Positions 10,520 through 23,960 of a DNA stretch of 64,000 nt are shown piece after piece; positions within the stretch are counted from its first letter, which is position 1; each line of letters begins with the position of its first letter. The DNA is from Octopus sinensis. Lineage: Eukaryota. Made by a program: the position numbers and the translations under genes. The stretch lies in the NCBI RefSeq assembly GCF_006345805.1, contig NC_043000.1, forward strand, positions 140,616,001-140,680,000. The letters run 5' to 3'. A model generated the notes under the pieces. It made no database searches and was not told where the DNA came from. It saw nothing but the letters and a program-made list of their open reading frames with translations.

Positions 10520-10790
10520 GTGTGTGTGGTAGAGTGGAGGCATGTGCCATCCATTGCAGCATGTTGCTGCATTCACCATTTGTGAGTGTATTTCCAGTCC
10601 TCCGGGGTGGCCTGTTGAGTAGAGACCCACTCAGTCCCCATCTTTATGTGATACCTCTTCACCTGCTGTTACCATGTGGCATGTGGTTGGCCAACACGAA
10701 CCATCAACCGAGGTGGATCCTCAGTGAAGGGAACATAGTAAGCAGGCTCTGACTCAGAAAACTGAGCAGCATGGCCAAACAGTCTGAGTC
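10520..10790 (+). pseudogene. Possible L1/Tx1-type RT fragment
   Basis: FPVLRGGLLSRDPLSPHLYVIPL resembles the RGxRQGCPLSPxLY motif; GC-richer than the flanks. Confidence 0.4.
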
Positions 10791-10822
10791 GGTGCTCCTC
10801 AATCATACAATATAAGGATGTA

Positions 10823-11155
10823 TATCATCATCATCATCATTTAATGTCTGTTTTCCATGCTAGCATGGGTTGGACGGTTTGACCGGGGTCTTGTAAACCA
10901 TGGAGGCTGCACCAGGCTCCAGTCTGATTTGGCAGTGTTTCTACAGCTGGATGCCCTTGCTAATGCCAACCACTCCGTGAGTGTAGTGGGTGATTTTTAT
11001 GTGCCACCGGCACAGGGGCCAGAGCAGGCTGGCAAATGGCCATGATCGGTTGGTGCATTTACGTGTCACTGATATGGACACCAGTCAGGCGGCGCTAGTA
11101 CCTGCCATGTTCGGACGGTGCTTTTTACGTGTCACTGGCACAGGTTCATTTACAT
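10823..11155 (-). mobile_element. Family C repeat with diverged internal units
   Basis: (ATC)n on plus strand, CCATGCTAGCATGGGTTGGAC and the conserved C core. Confidence 0.85.
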
Positions 11156-11385
11156 ACATAAGCAAGCCTTACAGTCATCCAACTAGTGTTATTTATTTCC
11201 AGCTTTCCATTGAAACATGTTTGGCAAAGGAGAATATATTTCCTTAGTTAGAAACAGGTGAATGTTGGCAACAAGAAGGGCATCCTGTCTTAGGATTTCT
11301 GCTTCTATGAATTCTACCTGACCTATGCAAGCTTTGAAAAGTGAATGTTAAAATGATTATGAGAATGATGATGATGGTACATACA

Positions 11386-11581
11386 GGTGTAGGCGTGGCT
11401 GTGTGGTAAGTAGCTTGCTTACCAACCACATGGTTCCGGATTCAGTCTCACTGCGTGGCACCTTGGGCAAGTGTCTTCTACTATAGCTTTGGGCCAACCA
11501 AAGCCTTGTTAGTGGATTTGGTAGACGGAAACTTAAACAAGCCCGTCGTATATATGTATGTATGTGTATATATATACATAC

Positions 11582-11624
<43 letters not shown>

Positions 11625-11830
11625 TGTGTGTCTGTGTTTGTCTCACCAACATTGCTTGACAACTGATGCTGGTGTGTTTACGTCCCCATAATTTAGCGGT
11701 TCGGCAAAAGCAACCAATAGAATAAGTACTAGGCTTCCAAAGAATAAGTCCTGGGGTCGATTTGTTCGACTAAAGGCAGTGCTCCAGCATGGCCACAGCC
11801 AAATGACTGAAAGAAGCAAAAGAGTAAAAA
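11386..11830 (+). mobile_element. Family A SINE, full length
   Basis: Head, internal TA tract and tail all present. Confidence 0.9.
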
Positions 11831-12218
11831 AAAAAAAGAGGTACATACATCTCATGTAAGGGAGATGGTTGAAGCTGAGTATATAAATATAAAATACCTT
11901 ACAGTAGTATTTTCTTTGAATAATAGCTGACACACATTGTTATAGCTCTTATTCCAAACTTCTCTTGGTTAAATTTTCTTGCTTATTCTTTCCTTATTTG
12001 CCATTCTGCTAATTTAATGAATAATGACAACCTCATCCTGCTACTCACATTCATTTTACTTCTATTGTCATTCACCAACTCTTTCAATACCAATGCACAG
12101 AAAACTAGAAGCCTCCTTCTTCCATGTTAATGTGTATTGGTGCCTAATTCTCTAAGTGTAAACTAACTGCCAATCATGCATAGTGGTGTTCATATTAGAT
12201 AATGTACTTCTAAATTTA

Positions 12219-12553
12219 GACCCCCTTCGGTCATGACTGACCGTGGGATTGCGCCTAGAAAGTTACCATCCCAGGCACAAGTTTGGGCAAGGTTGTTTAT
12301 GGAAGACCAGCAGTCGCCCATGCACACCGGCCTCCCCTCTTCATGCCACCAGTGTTATCTAAGGGAAAGGCAAAGGGTGATACAGCTTGGCACCTGTGAT
12401 GTCGCAACTCATTTCTACAGGTGAGTGAACTGGAGTAACATGAAATAAAGTGTCTTGCTCAAGAACACAACACGCAGCCCGGTCTGGGATTCGAACTCAC
12501 AACCTCACGATCGTAAGCTTGATGCTCTAACCACTGAGCCATGTGCCTTCACT
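12219..12553 (-). mobile_element. Family E tRNA-derived SINE with CORE-like middle
   Basis: Minus strand TGGCTCAGTGGTTAGAGC, GAGTTCGAATCCC, then TTGAGCAAGACACTTTATTTCA...CCTGTAGAAATGAGT; CORE assignment from memory. Confidence 0.8.
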
Positions 12554-14057
12554 TCTAAATATACTACCTGTTAAAGGCAAAATAGTCACAAATGGAACTG
12601 TTTCCATTATAAGTCTGCTCAATCAAGACTAACCTAGGGCTAAATGACAACAAAGATTAAATTGTAAAATATATTCTTCATGCTCCAAATGCCCCGAAAA
12701 AATTATTGCATGTGGCCAACTGTAGTTTGGAGAAAGCAAAGTATAATTTTGATATATTAATGTAGGGTGTATGATTTATGAGATGTTCCTATACACCACA
12801 TAAATAGATGCTATTATGTCATATATTTTATTGAGGAGAACTGACAAAGCTACTTAGCAAACCAACAACAACAACAACAGGATCAATTTCAATAATGCTG
12901 CTTGCAGCATATACAGAGAATTAAATAGATCTTATTCACACTTGACACCAAGATTTCTAAATGATCTAAAATTACAAGTATGGAACCTAAGAAAATATAT
13001 TTATAAAGATTCTAAAATTTTTTTTTTCAGTATTTCTTTTTAAAAACTCAATCTAAAATTCTAAAAAGTTTCTAAACCTATATAGTTGTACAGTGTGGTC
13101 TGAAGTGTTACTTTAAAAAATAGATTTATAATTTAAGGTCATAAAGTAACCAGTGACAGTTGCACAAAATGGGAAGAACTTGTGATAAAATAAAATAATT
13201 CTGAAGAAATGAGATTCTAAAACTCTCCACACAGAAAAGCCTTAAGAAAATTGGAGCCTTCTTTGCAGCTTGTGGAAGCAGATAGCACTTTCATTTGATT
13301 TCAGTATAAATAATGGAGCCTATATGTCTTGGTTTTTAAAACCATTTTTACTACCATTCTGATTGTGTTGATTGCTGGATAAACTCAAGATACATATTAT
13401 TGTGTCAGAAAGTCGTATTTGAAGAGTTACATAAAAATATAACATAGAATCACAAGTAAAAATATACACACTCTCTCACTCTCTCTCACTCACCTTTTCA
13501 CATACATTCTTACTAAAAGCAATTAATTTTTTTTTTTTTTTTTTTTGCCTGGAGAAAAGTGATCAGCCCAAGGCATTTGCTGGCCCTCAGCAACCAATGT
13601 GACTTATGGAGTTAACAGTCCTTTTGAAAAATTGTAAAAACTATGGCTGAATGAAAAACATGCTGGAAAGAATTTCCATAGAGAAAGTATCCTGTAGAAG
13701 AAAGGTTCGGTTTAGTGCTTAGGGCAAGGCCTAGAAAGACAGGACACAACATGGATGATGAAAGACAAGAGAATCAATACTACCTGAATAGAGATAGTGT
13801 ATGAAAATTAAGCCCTGAAAATCCGAGGCTACTGCAGTTGAAGTTGAAGAAGAGAGAGAGAGGGGGACAGGACAGAAGGCAGCAACGTATCTACAGGTCA
13901 GAGAGATCGGAATGCAATTGTGAGTGACTGTTGGAACTAGGAAGAGCATCCAGTTGTAGAAAACCTGCTTCAAAAAGATCCCATTTGACCCATGAAAAAA
14001 TGGAACATAGGTATTTAAATGATGACAGCAATGACTATATATATATATATATATATA

Positions 14058-14400
14058 TGGGACAAGAACGCAAAACATTCAAATAGACGATACGAAAACG
14101 GACGGGTCATTCGAAGCCTCTAATCTTCAGTCAAGAACCGGCTCATCCTCGCAATTTCAGCTGATTAATCTTGAGATTGCTCCGATCTGGCTAGTCCCAA
14201 GGAAAAACTAAGCTACGAGCATTAGATTTCTTGGAAAAAGGATCGAATGTATACAAAACAAGGACAGAAAAATGGATGATGTTACACGAAAATAAATACA
14301 AAAAACAAAAGGTAATACGAATATAAATACAAAAAACAAAAAACAATAATAATAATGATAACAGGACAAAGACAACAGGCGTCTTTCGACTTTAGACAAT
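14058..14400 (-). mobile_element. Family H (TA)n-anchored element
   Basis: Reverse-complement match to 52345-52535; both copies end at TA tracts. Confidence 0.7.
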
Positions 14401-14463
14401 TCAAATTAGCTGGCGTGTGAGAAAAATAATGCCTTATGGCAAACAAAGAAATTGATGCTGTTT

Positions 14464-14494
<31 letters not shown>

Positions 14495-14829
14495 TGTGTG
14501 TGAATCAAATAAGTGGCTTTTATATGGATTCAGTGGAGAATATTAGTGCATAGTAGCAACATTGTCCCATATGTGAGAGGAGTCCTCCACTGTAGGTGGG
14601 AATGGTGACAGAGCACACTAAAGCTTAGCAGAGAATTTGTATATAATGACTACTCACTGAAGCGAATGGCCAGTCTTTGAGATGCAGTTTTTGCTATGTT
14701 CTGTGGTACTTTTCACCCCTTTTCTTTTGTACTTTTGTTTCAGTCATTGGACTGTAGCCATATTTTGAAAGGACCTTAGTTGATCTTAATGAGTCCAGTA
14801 TCTATTTTAATGTGAACTATTAGACCTTA

Positions 14830-15355
14830 CATCATCATCATCAACATCATCATCATTTAACGTCCGCTTTCCATGCTAGCATGGGTTGGACGGTTCAACT
14901 GGGGTCTGGGGAGCCCGAAGGCTGCACCAGGCCAGTCAGATCTGGCAGTGTTTCTACAGCTGGATGCCCTTCCTAACGCCAACCACTCCGAGAGTGTAGT
15001 GGGTGATTTTATGTGCCACCGACACAGGTGCCAGACGAGGCTGGCGAACGGCCACGCTCGGATGGTGTTTTTTATGTGCCACTGACACAGGTGCCAGACG
15101 AGGCTGGCAGACGGCCACGCTCGGATGGTGTTTTTATGTGCCACCGACACAGGTGCCAGATGAGGCTGGCGAACGGCCACAATCGGATGGTGTTTGTTAC
15201 GTGCCCACAGCACGGAGGCCAGTCAATGCGGTACTGGCTATGGCCACGTTCGGATGGTTTTCTTGTGGGCCACCGGCACTGGTACCACAAAGATACAAAT
15301 TCCATTGATGTTCATCTATTTTGATTTGTTTTGATTTGATTTGATTTGATTTGAT
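14830..15355 (-). repeat. Family C element with three 62-bp units and an (ATCAA)n segment
   Basis: Near-identical reverse complement of 9390-9900. Confidence 0.9.
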
Positions 15356-15647
15356 TTTTTTTTAACCGGTGTTGTTCAAACGATGAATAGCCTTCGCGTA
15401 AACCAATTGGTTCGTTTTGTTCTCTTACTTTATTATTATTATCATCTTATAATCATCTCATAATAATGACCTTTATGACTCGTATTACTACCTCAGTCAA
15501 TCTAAATGTATATATTTGTCACTACCTGTCATAAATAGCCTTTTTCTATCTGCAATATGCATTTTCGTTGATTTTTCATATTTTACACCTATATATATAT
15601 ATATTTGTTTTGCAAGATTTTTGATGTGAAAACGTGTGTTGAAACAG

Positions 15648-16051
15648 ATATTGTTGTATTTAGGAATGGTCATTTTGCCAGTTTAGCCAATAAAGACACA
15701 CACACTATATATTTGGTGTTACTTTGCTTCAGCGTTATTCATTTTTTACATTAATCTTAATCTTATTTCGGCCAGAGTTCTCGCGTCACACTTCTGTGAC
15801 CTCATCAGTGGTCCTTTGCTTTCTTCTTTCTTATTTGTGTGTCTCTCCTTACTAACAGTAAGCCATTTTGTATTTTGTATTCCTATTGTATGTGTCTTCA
15901 TTTGCGCATGCATATACCTTTATGTGTGTCTATGTTTAGTTAGTGTGTGTGTGTGTGGAAGGGAATTGCCTGTAATATTTGTATCTCCTGTTTATATATT
16001 TCATGTAATTTGTTTTTTTTATTTCTATTTTGTTCATGTGTTTACACCTAC

Positions 16052-16085
<34 letters not shown>

Positions 16086-16460
16086 CAATATTATTTATTT
16101 ATTTTTTATTATAAATGTTTTTAATTTATTATTATTATTTTTTATATTTTATTTATGTTTTTATTAAAAAATTTTTTTTTTATAGACACAAAGTTATATG
16201 CATACGCAAATGAAGACACATACAATAGGAATACAAAATACAAAATGGCTGACCGTTAGTAAGGAGAGTCACACAAATAAGAAAGAAAGCAAAGGACCAC
16301 TGATGAGGTCACAGGAGTGTGACAAAAGAACTCTCGCTGAAATAAGATTAAGATTAATGTAAAAAATGAATAACGCTGAAGCAAAGTAACACCAAATATA
16401 TAGTGTGTGTGTTTTTATTGGCTAAACTGACAAAATGATCATTCCTAAATACAACAATAT
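15648..16460. repeat. Inverted repeat, ~285-bp arms (15648-15933 / 16182-16460), spacer with (TAT)n
   Basis: Arms align as reverse complements; each carries GGACCA-CTGATGA-GGTCAC...GTGAC. Confidence 0.95.
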
Positions 16461-17221
16461 ATATATACCACACACACGCGCACACACACAGAGAAAACAA
16501 TGTTATTTTATTTCCCACGGATAGAAATATAGTAAAAATAAAAGTTGAAAATGCAGTGAGAATAATTAAAATATTTTTTTTTTTTATATTTAAGGATTTA
16601 ACCAGTTTCACAGTTTACACTGATTTTCAAATACTTGAAATAGAAAGATGTAGTTTATGTCACAACTGTCTTGCTACTGAATAGTGTTTGAAGCTTGTCC
16701 AATTTTTATAGGGAGTTCACAGCTCAAATTAGTAAATGTTTTGGATAAGACTTGATTTAGTAGAGGATGGTCACATGACTGGTCTTAGAAATCTTTGTAG
16801 GTTCTCTACTACGTCTGTGTGTTAGCATCAAGTGACAATGTTTGGAATCAGAAGTTACGGTTGACGTGGTTGATTGAACATATCTAGTGACAAAACCAAA
16901 CAATCAGTGCACTGGATGCTTTCTGTCAAGTGTTTTTATAGAATGATCATGTGATTAAGTTTAGAAACTTTTGTACATTTCTTGCTATGTCCATGCATTA
17001 GTGTCATGTGACAGTATATTTTACGCCTAAAATGAAGGCCGTCATGGTTGAGTGATTATGTTAAATTACAATCAAGGCACCCTAAATTTAATCTGCCAGG
17101 TGGGAAAGTGGACCGGAGTTTTTGTATGTAGTCAGTGGCTAAAGTTTAGGTTGTTAGCTGTGTAGGTTCCTCATGTTAAGTGGCAGAATGAGTTTTGTGT
17201 GTGAATAGATATTTGTGTATG

Positions 17222-17567
17222 TACTCTCTTTACTCTTTTACTTGTTTCAGTCATTTGACTGTGGCCATGCTGGAGCACCGCCTTTAGTCGAGCAAATCGA
17301 CCCTGGGACTTATTCTTTTTAAGCACAGTACTTATTCTATCGGTCTCTTTTGCCGAACCGCTAAGTGACGGGGGGACAAACACAGACACACAAACACATA
17401 TATATACATATATACAACAGGCTTCTTTCAGTTTCCGTCTACCAAATCCACTCACAAGGCCCGAGGCTATAGTAGAAGACACTTGCCCAAGGTGCCACGC
17501 AGTGGGACTGAACCCGGAACCATGTGGTTGGTTAGCAAGCTACTTACCACACAGCCACTCCTGCGCC
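17222..17567 (-). mobile_element. Family A SINE with internal deletions
   Basis: Head and tail both present. Confidence 0.9.
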
Positions 17568-17789
17568 TGTTTGTTAAGTTTGTTAAGTCTTGGCTTGCAT
17601 TTTTGTATGAAAGTATTTTCTTTGTTTATCTGTGCTTCATTTGTAGTATTCACCGAACAAAATTAAAGTGGAAAGACCTGGAATTTGGGGTACTTATTTT
17701 TGCATGTATATCTATGTGGCCACTTAGTGGAATCTGTCTAGTACTGAGGCCTCATATTTGTTGTCAATAAAGGGTCAGTCTATTTCTTA

Positions 17790-19710
17790 GAGGAAGCTTT
17801 GTTTGACCTATTTAATCTTCATTACATCCCTGACACTTGATAACACATTAGATTCCTTGAAGAACATTTAGAATTATTTTTTACAGTAAAAATCTGTCCT
17901 GATTTGTATGTCATGTCTTCAGTAAGATTGATGCAAGTCCCCCAAATTGGGTAGCCACACTTTTTAGCTATTAGTATGAGAATCGTAAAAGGTAATTTAG
18001 CATTGGTGAAGATTTTTTGAGGGTCTTTGATTGTCTTTTACTTTTGATTATTTTGTGTATTTCGGATGCTTGTTTCATTCTTGGGTCTTGTTTTAGTAGT
18101 AGGATGTTCTGGTGGATAATATTGTAAGCCTCTGTGTTTCTTGGGCTTTTGTATTGTAATAAAAAATAGAGTAGTGGATTTATCAGGAACGTTTTCAGTA
18201 GTTCTTGAAATCTATTGCTTTGGCATGTTCTATTCTGTTGTCTATTAACATCATCATCATCATCGTTTAGCGTCCGCTTTCCATGCTAGCATGGGTTGGA
18301 CGGTTCAACTGGGGTCTGGGAAGCCCGAAGGCTGCACCAGGCCAGTCAGATGGATATTGTCTTTTAAGTAGTATTTTTTTAATTCCTGGAGTCTTTTACT
18401 GCAAGTTTCAAGGTTTGAGACAATTGTTCAGATTCTTCTTGCTACATTAAATGGAACATGATTCTTCATGTGTTTGGGATGACATGAGAAGAAGAGTATG
18501 TATTGTTTAGACTCCGTTTGTTTGTAATGAATGTCTGTTTCACTGTAGTGTTCATTATCCATAATAACGATAGCACTTCCCTTATCTGCTTCCTTAATTA
18601 TAATGTCATTATTGTTCTTCTGTTCATGTATAATTTCCTATTCCTTTTAACTGGTACTGGGCTTGATTTCAGGGTGTGGAAGTTCTTTGTTAGGGAAGGT
18701 AGATATAAAATCACAAAATTTAGCTAAAGCTTTATTCTTACCTTTTGTAGGCTTGTAATTGCTCTTGTTTCTCACAGTTGATTTGTCCCTGTTTTCTTTA
18801 TCATACAATTCCTCTGTTAGGTATAGTTTTTTTTTACAGAACTGTGAAATATTGTTCTATATTTCATTGGAGTTAGGGCGCTGTGGTGTTGGGGAAAATT
18901 TTAAGCCTTTTGACAAAATATTAATTTCTTCTACTGAACAAGTTTTTTGGGATGGGCTAATTATTTTCGGTTTTCTCATCTTTGGTTTGTACCATCCAGT
19001 TTCAAGAACTCTGTCAGCTGAATCTTAAAAAGGATTTTACAAAGTTTTTACTTTATTATTACTTATATATCTGTTGACATTTTCTCTGTTAACTTGTCCT
19101 ATTTTGTGTCAACTTTGTGTACTTGTGCTGGATTGTGGTTGTTCCTCTCTGTAATTGTTTTTGAATCTTGGTATTTTTTAACCATTGTGTATGTCTTTGG
19201 TTTTGGAGAAAGTTCAGTCCACTCAGAAGGAAAACTTCAATTCTTTTAGCTGAAATATTTTGTTGTCAAAGTAGTCTTGAATTGTCCTTATGGAATTGGC
19301 AAATATAATTTCCATATTTGGGTGCTTGTTTAATCGGTTGTGAATGAGATTTGTGGATTGTAACTTTCTTCAGGAAAGTGTTATTAGTAGAGTACTTGTT
19401 TTTGAAATAAGATTCATAACTGGAGAACCATTGAAAATATGTTAATTCCTCATTTTCCTGTTTCTCTCCTGATGTTTAATATTGTTTCCTCAGCCTTTGG
19501 TTGTTTTGAAATTTCTGCTTGCATTTGTACATCAATTGTTTTAAGTTTTTCTTTGTTGGAATTTGCTCTTAGCCATAATAGCTGGGTTTCCATTCTAAAT
19601 TTCTCAAGAGCCATCTTTTCTCTAAATTTTTGCTGCTGTTTGGATTCATTAGCAATAGGTTTTGTTTTTAGTTTTTCTTTTGGGGAAGTCACAAATACTT
19701 CTAAGACCAA
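17790..19710 (-). pseudogene. Decayed Penelope-like element ORF (N-terminal region and start of RT)
   Basis: PLE hallmark motifs EINILSKGLKFSPTP (~18884-18930) and DIIIKEADKGSAIVIMD (~18557-18607); many stops and frameshifts; interrupted by a family C fragment. Confidence 0.8.
18245..18352 (-). mobile_element. Family C 3' fragment inserted in the PLE remnant
   Basis: Near-exact match to the C tail. Confidence 0.85.
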
Positions 19711-20595
19711 TCATGTGACTATCTTCTACCAATGAAGTCCAATGCAAAACATGTATTAATTTGAGCTATGAATTCCCTATAAAAATAGGACAAGCTTCAA
19801 ATATATAATATATCTCTTGAATCTTGAGCTTTCATATGGTTTCGGTTGAGTAGTTTCGTTCATAAGGTATTAGTTGGCTCAATACTACAATAGAAGACAC
19901 TTGCTTATATGCACAAAGCAGACCTGAACTGTATGTTTCTGTTGGAAAACTAAAAAGTTTTATGGCTAATTTTTATGAAATCTAACTCCATTCTTATTTA
20001 TTTCATGGTAGTTTATATTTTTACAAACATGAAATATTCTGACATCAGTTGAAGTTTGCTGAACAAATTATAAGAGCAAATATTTTTAACAATTAGCTGT
20101 TCTTCATAGTGAAAACCAATTGACCGCAACATAGTTGATAACACATTATATATTTGCACAGTGGACTGAAATAAGTATATTAATCTATATAGTCTAAAGT
20201 TGCAATGCAAATATTTGAGAAAGAGAGCTTTAACCATTTATCATATATTAACTTAAATGTAATTTAAAGTATAAATCATCTTCAAGACTTTTTAGTATCC
20301 ATGACTGTTTTCTGGTTCTTTGAGTCTGGTGGGAAGAATTTCTCTACTGACCAGATACCTGGTTTGAATTCTTGCTACAGACTGGATTCTACTAAAACCA
20401 TCCATGGACTGTTTTGTCATTTTTATTCATTGAATTGGATGAAATCTATTATCCAAAAGTACAAAGATATAAATCACCATACATTTATTAATCTATGTGC
20501 AACTTTAAAGAAGTTACCTAGAATTAAATATTCTAAACCATTCCCAATTCACTCTACATACACCTCACACATGTGCATGCATGCACGCGTGCACA

Positions 20596-20631
<36 letters not shown>

Positions 20632-22493
20632 AGAGCTTGTATGATATATTTGTTATATTTGATATCTGAAATTCATTTTATTGTTCTTGTTCCTTTCATA
20701 TTTGACTATCATCAAATCTAGTTTAATTTTAAGTTGCTTATTGCTTCTTAAAGTGAATAATATTTCATTTAGACATGTTAAGATGTTCCTTATGGGTCCC
20801 ACAAATGTCAAGTTACCATGTGAATAATGTCCCTCATGAATGTAATTTTGAACTGAGCACTCGAGGTTTTTCATCACATCATAGTATTAGTTTGGTTGGA
20901 CATAAGCCTATCCTTTGTGGTACATTCTGCATTGTCTCCTCTTGTATCTTCTTGTATATATAGCTTAAAGAACTTGGATTCAGTAGCCACTGTCTTTCTC
21001 TTCAAGGAGGCAAAGTAGAAACAAATATGTTCATTATGTAAGATGGCTAATGAGGTAATTATACAGCTGTCTTCTTTGTATTATATTTCTAAAATACATT
21101 TCCTTTTTCCTATTTCTTTTGTGTTTAACTATTGTCTAATCCCAATTAATTTTTAATTACATGTTAAGTGAGTAATATTTCATTAAATTAAATTAGTATG
21201 TGCTTTGACAAGCCTATCACACATACTTCCTCATGTACACATTCATGCATATACACATACAGATACACACAAAACATTGTGCATATACATTCACATACAG
21301 ATCAACTCAATGTATTTTGTATTATATTTTGATTCTAATTTCTGTCAGAAGCTTGTCTTGTCCTGAAACTAGCGTGATATGACACCATCTCATGTCTTGG
21401 AAGGATATGCTAGTGAAGATTCTAAGGAAGAGAAAGTGGAAATTATAATGACTATATCTTTCATTGAAGCAATACTTAGATGATTTGGTAAGTTTTTTAA
21501 TTGGATTACATCACAACCCACAGCGGTACTCTAGAAGATCTATACTCCACAGTAGCACTCAAGAAGACCTGTACTCCATAGCAGAAGTGTTAAAGCCACT
21601 CCCCCTGGTGAAGAGGATTGGCCTGCAAGTCTTCTGTGCTGGTGCTATGTAAAAAGCATTTGGGCAGTAAAAACACGTAAAAACACCCAGCACAATTGGT
21701 AAAGTGGATGGTATTAGGAAGGGCATCCAGCTTCAGAAACCATGCCAAATCAGACAGACTGGAGGCTGGTGTAGCTCTCTAGCATGCCAGCTCTGGTTGC
21801 CGTTCAAGAATTTGGACCTAGAGATCTCCATTTCCAGCTACTTCGAGGGCCACCTCCCAGTGGTGTCAGGCATCAATGAAGAGCCCTCCACTACAACAAG
21901 ATGACCAAAGTATTTTTTTTTCCAAGGTCTGGGGTCTCTCGTCCCTAATCCCTAGACCATCACCTAATCACTCTTACCAGTCTTGTTGCTTAACAACAAC
22001 AACAGCTCTGGTCTAACTGCCAATCTATGCCAGCATGAACAATGGACATTAAATGATGATGATGGACGCCAAAGAAAATAAATTTACTCAGTAAAGTTTC
22101 ATTCCACCTACTCCAGACCCACAGAACTTCAAATCGAATGTGCAATGTAAGGAAACATCGCCAGTCTTTGTATTGCTGTTGTTCCTTACAATGATGGATT
22201 ACATAGTACCCTATAGTACTTGGTAGAAATGAATTAACCAAGATAAAGCTAAGCATCTTATCTATGTCCATAACATAATAGTGATGAGAGATTACATGCT
22301 CCTGACTTCATTGGTGGGAGTCTAATACATAATTAATGCAGTTACCTGGGGTTCTCATCGATTTGCAACATGAACTGAAGACCTCACACATCATTTCAGA
22401 TGAGGTAATAATGAGTCATATCAAACCAGTATTTGACTGGTTCTATTTTATCAACTTCAAAATAATAATAATAAAAATAAACTTTAATCATAT

Positions 22494-22664
22494 AGACGCA
22501 GGAGTGGCTGTGTGGTAAGTAGCTTGCTAACCAACCACATGGTCCGGGTTCAGTCCCACTGCGTGGCATCTTGGGCAAGTGTCTTCTGCTATAGACCCAG
22601 GCCAACCAATGCCTTGTGAGTGGATTTGGTGGATGGAAACTGAAAGAAGCCTGTCGTATATATG

Positions 22665-22695
<31 letters not shown>

Positions 22696-22897
22696 TTGTG
22701 TGTCTGTGTTTGTCCCCCTAGCATTGCTTCACAACCGATGCTGGTGTGTTTACGTCCCTGTCACTTAGCGGTTCGGCAAAAGCACCGATAGAGTAAGTAC
22801 TGGGCTTACAAAGAATAAGACCCAGGGTCGATTTGCTCGACTAAAAGTGGTGCTCCAGCATGGCCGCAGTCAAATGACTGAGACGAGTAAAAGAGTA
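22494..22897 (+). mobile_element. Family A SINE, full length
   Basis: Head, TA tract and tail. Confidence 0.9.
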
Positions 22898-23049
22898 TAA
22901 TTTGAGCTCAGAATGTAAATGATTTGACTAAATACTGTTTGGTATTTTGTCCATAGTTCTGCCAATTCTGTTAATCCTCTCAATCACAGCATAAAGAGAA
23001 TGAGGTGATTATAAATGAAGACCAGAAATAAATTAGTCTTAGCTTGAGG

Positions 23050-23630
23050 TCATTGCCAGTACCACCTGACTTGGCTCCCGTGCTGGTGGCACCTGAAAAG
23101 CACCCACTACACTCTCAGAGTGGTTGGCGTTAGCAAGGGCATCTAGCTGTAGAAACTCTGTCAGATCAAGATTGGAGCCTGGTGCAGCCATCTGGTGTGC
23201 CAGCCCTCAATCAAAATCGTCCAACCCATGCTAGCATGGATAGCGGACGTTAAACGATGATATGATGAACTTTACTCTGAAGACAAGACCCAATTATCAT
23301 TATTCCAGCTTCTCTTGGTTAAGATTCAACCCTGTTGCTACCTTCTTTCTGCTAAAATACACAGCCTTTCTTTCAAATAACTACAGAAACAATAAAAAAC
23401 TTAAATATAATAACTTTATTCTAGTTGAGGATATGAATGATTTCCCTCAATATGTCACGCAAAAAGCACCCACTACACTATCGGAGTGGCTGGCATTAGG
23501 AAGGGCATCCAGCTGTAAAAAGTCTTCCAGATCAAGATTGGAGCCTGGTCCAACCATCTGGTTCGCCAGCCCTCAGTCAAAATCCTCTGACCCATGCTAG
23601 CATGGAAAGTGGATGTTAAACGATGATGAG
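23050..23630 (+). mobile_element. Two family C variant copies (23050-23262, 23455-23630)
   Basis: Both have GCACCCACTACAC...AAGGGCATC...CATGCTAGCATGGA...GTTAAACGATGA. Confidence 0.85.
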
Positions 23631-23730
23631 GAGGAGGAGGAGGACCTATAGCAACATACTTCCAAATTACAAAAATGTTGCCTATAATCTGTAGAGGTTT
23701 CAGTGATATATATAAGAGGGGAGATATGTT

Positions 23731-23960
23731 TTCTTATTACCCACAAGGGGCTAAACATAAAGGGGACAAACAAGGACAGACAAACGAATTAAGTCGATTA
23801 CAATGACCCCAGTGTGTAACTGGTACTTAATTTATCGACCCCGAAAGGGTGAAAGGCAAAGTCGACCTCGGCGGAATTTGAACTCAGAACGCAGCGGCAG
23901 ACGAAATACCGCAAAGCATTTCGCCCGGCGTGCTAACGATTCTGCCAGCTCGCCACCTTA
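23731..23960 (-). mobile_element. Family B SINE
   Basis: Reverse complement of 3236-3467. Confidence 0.9.
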
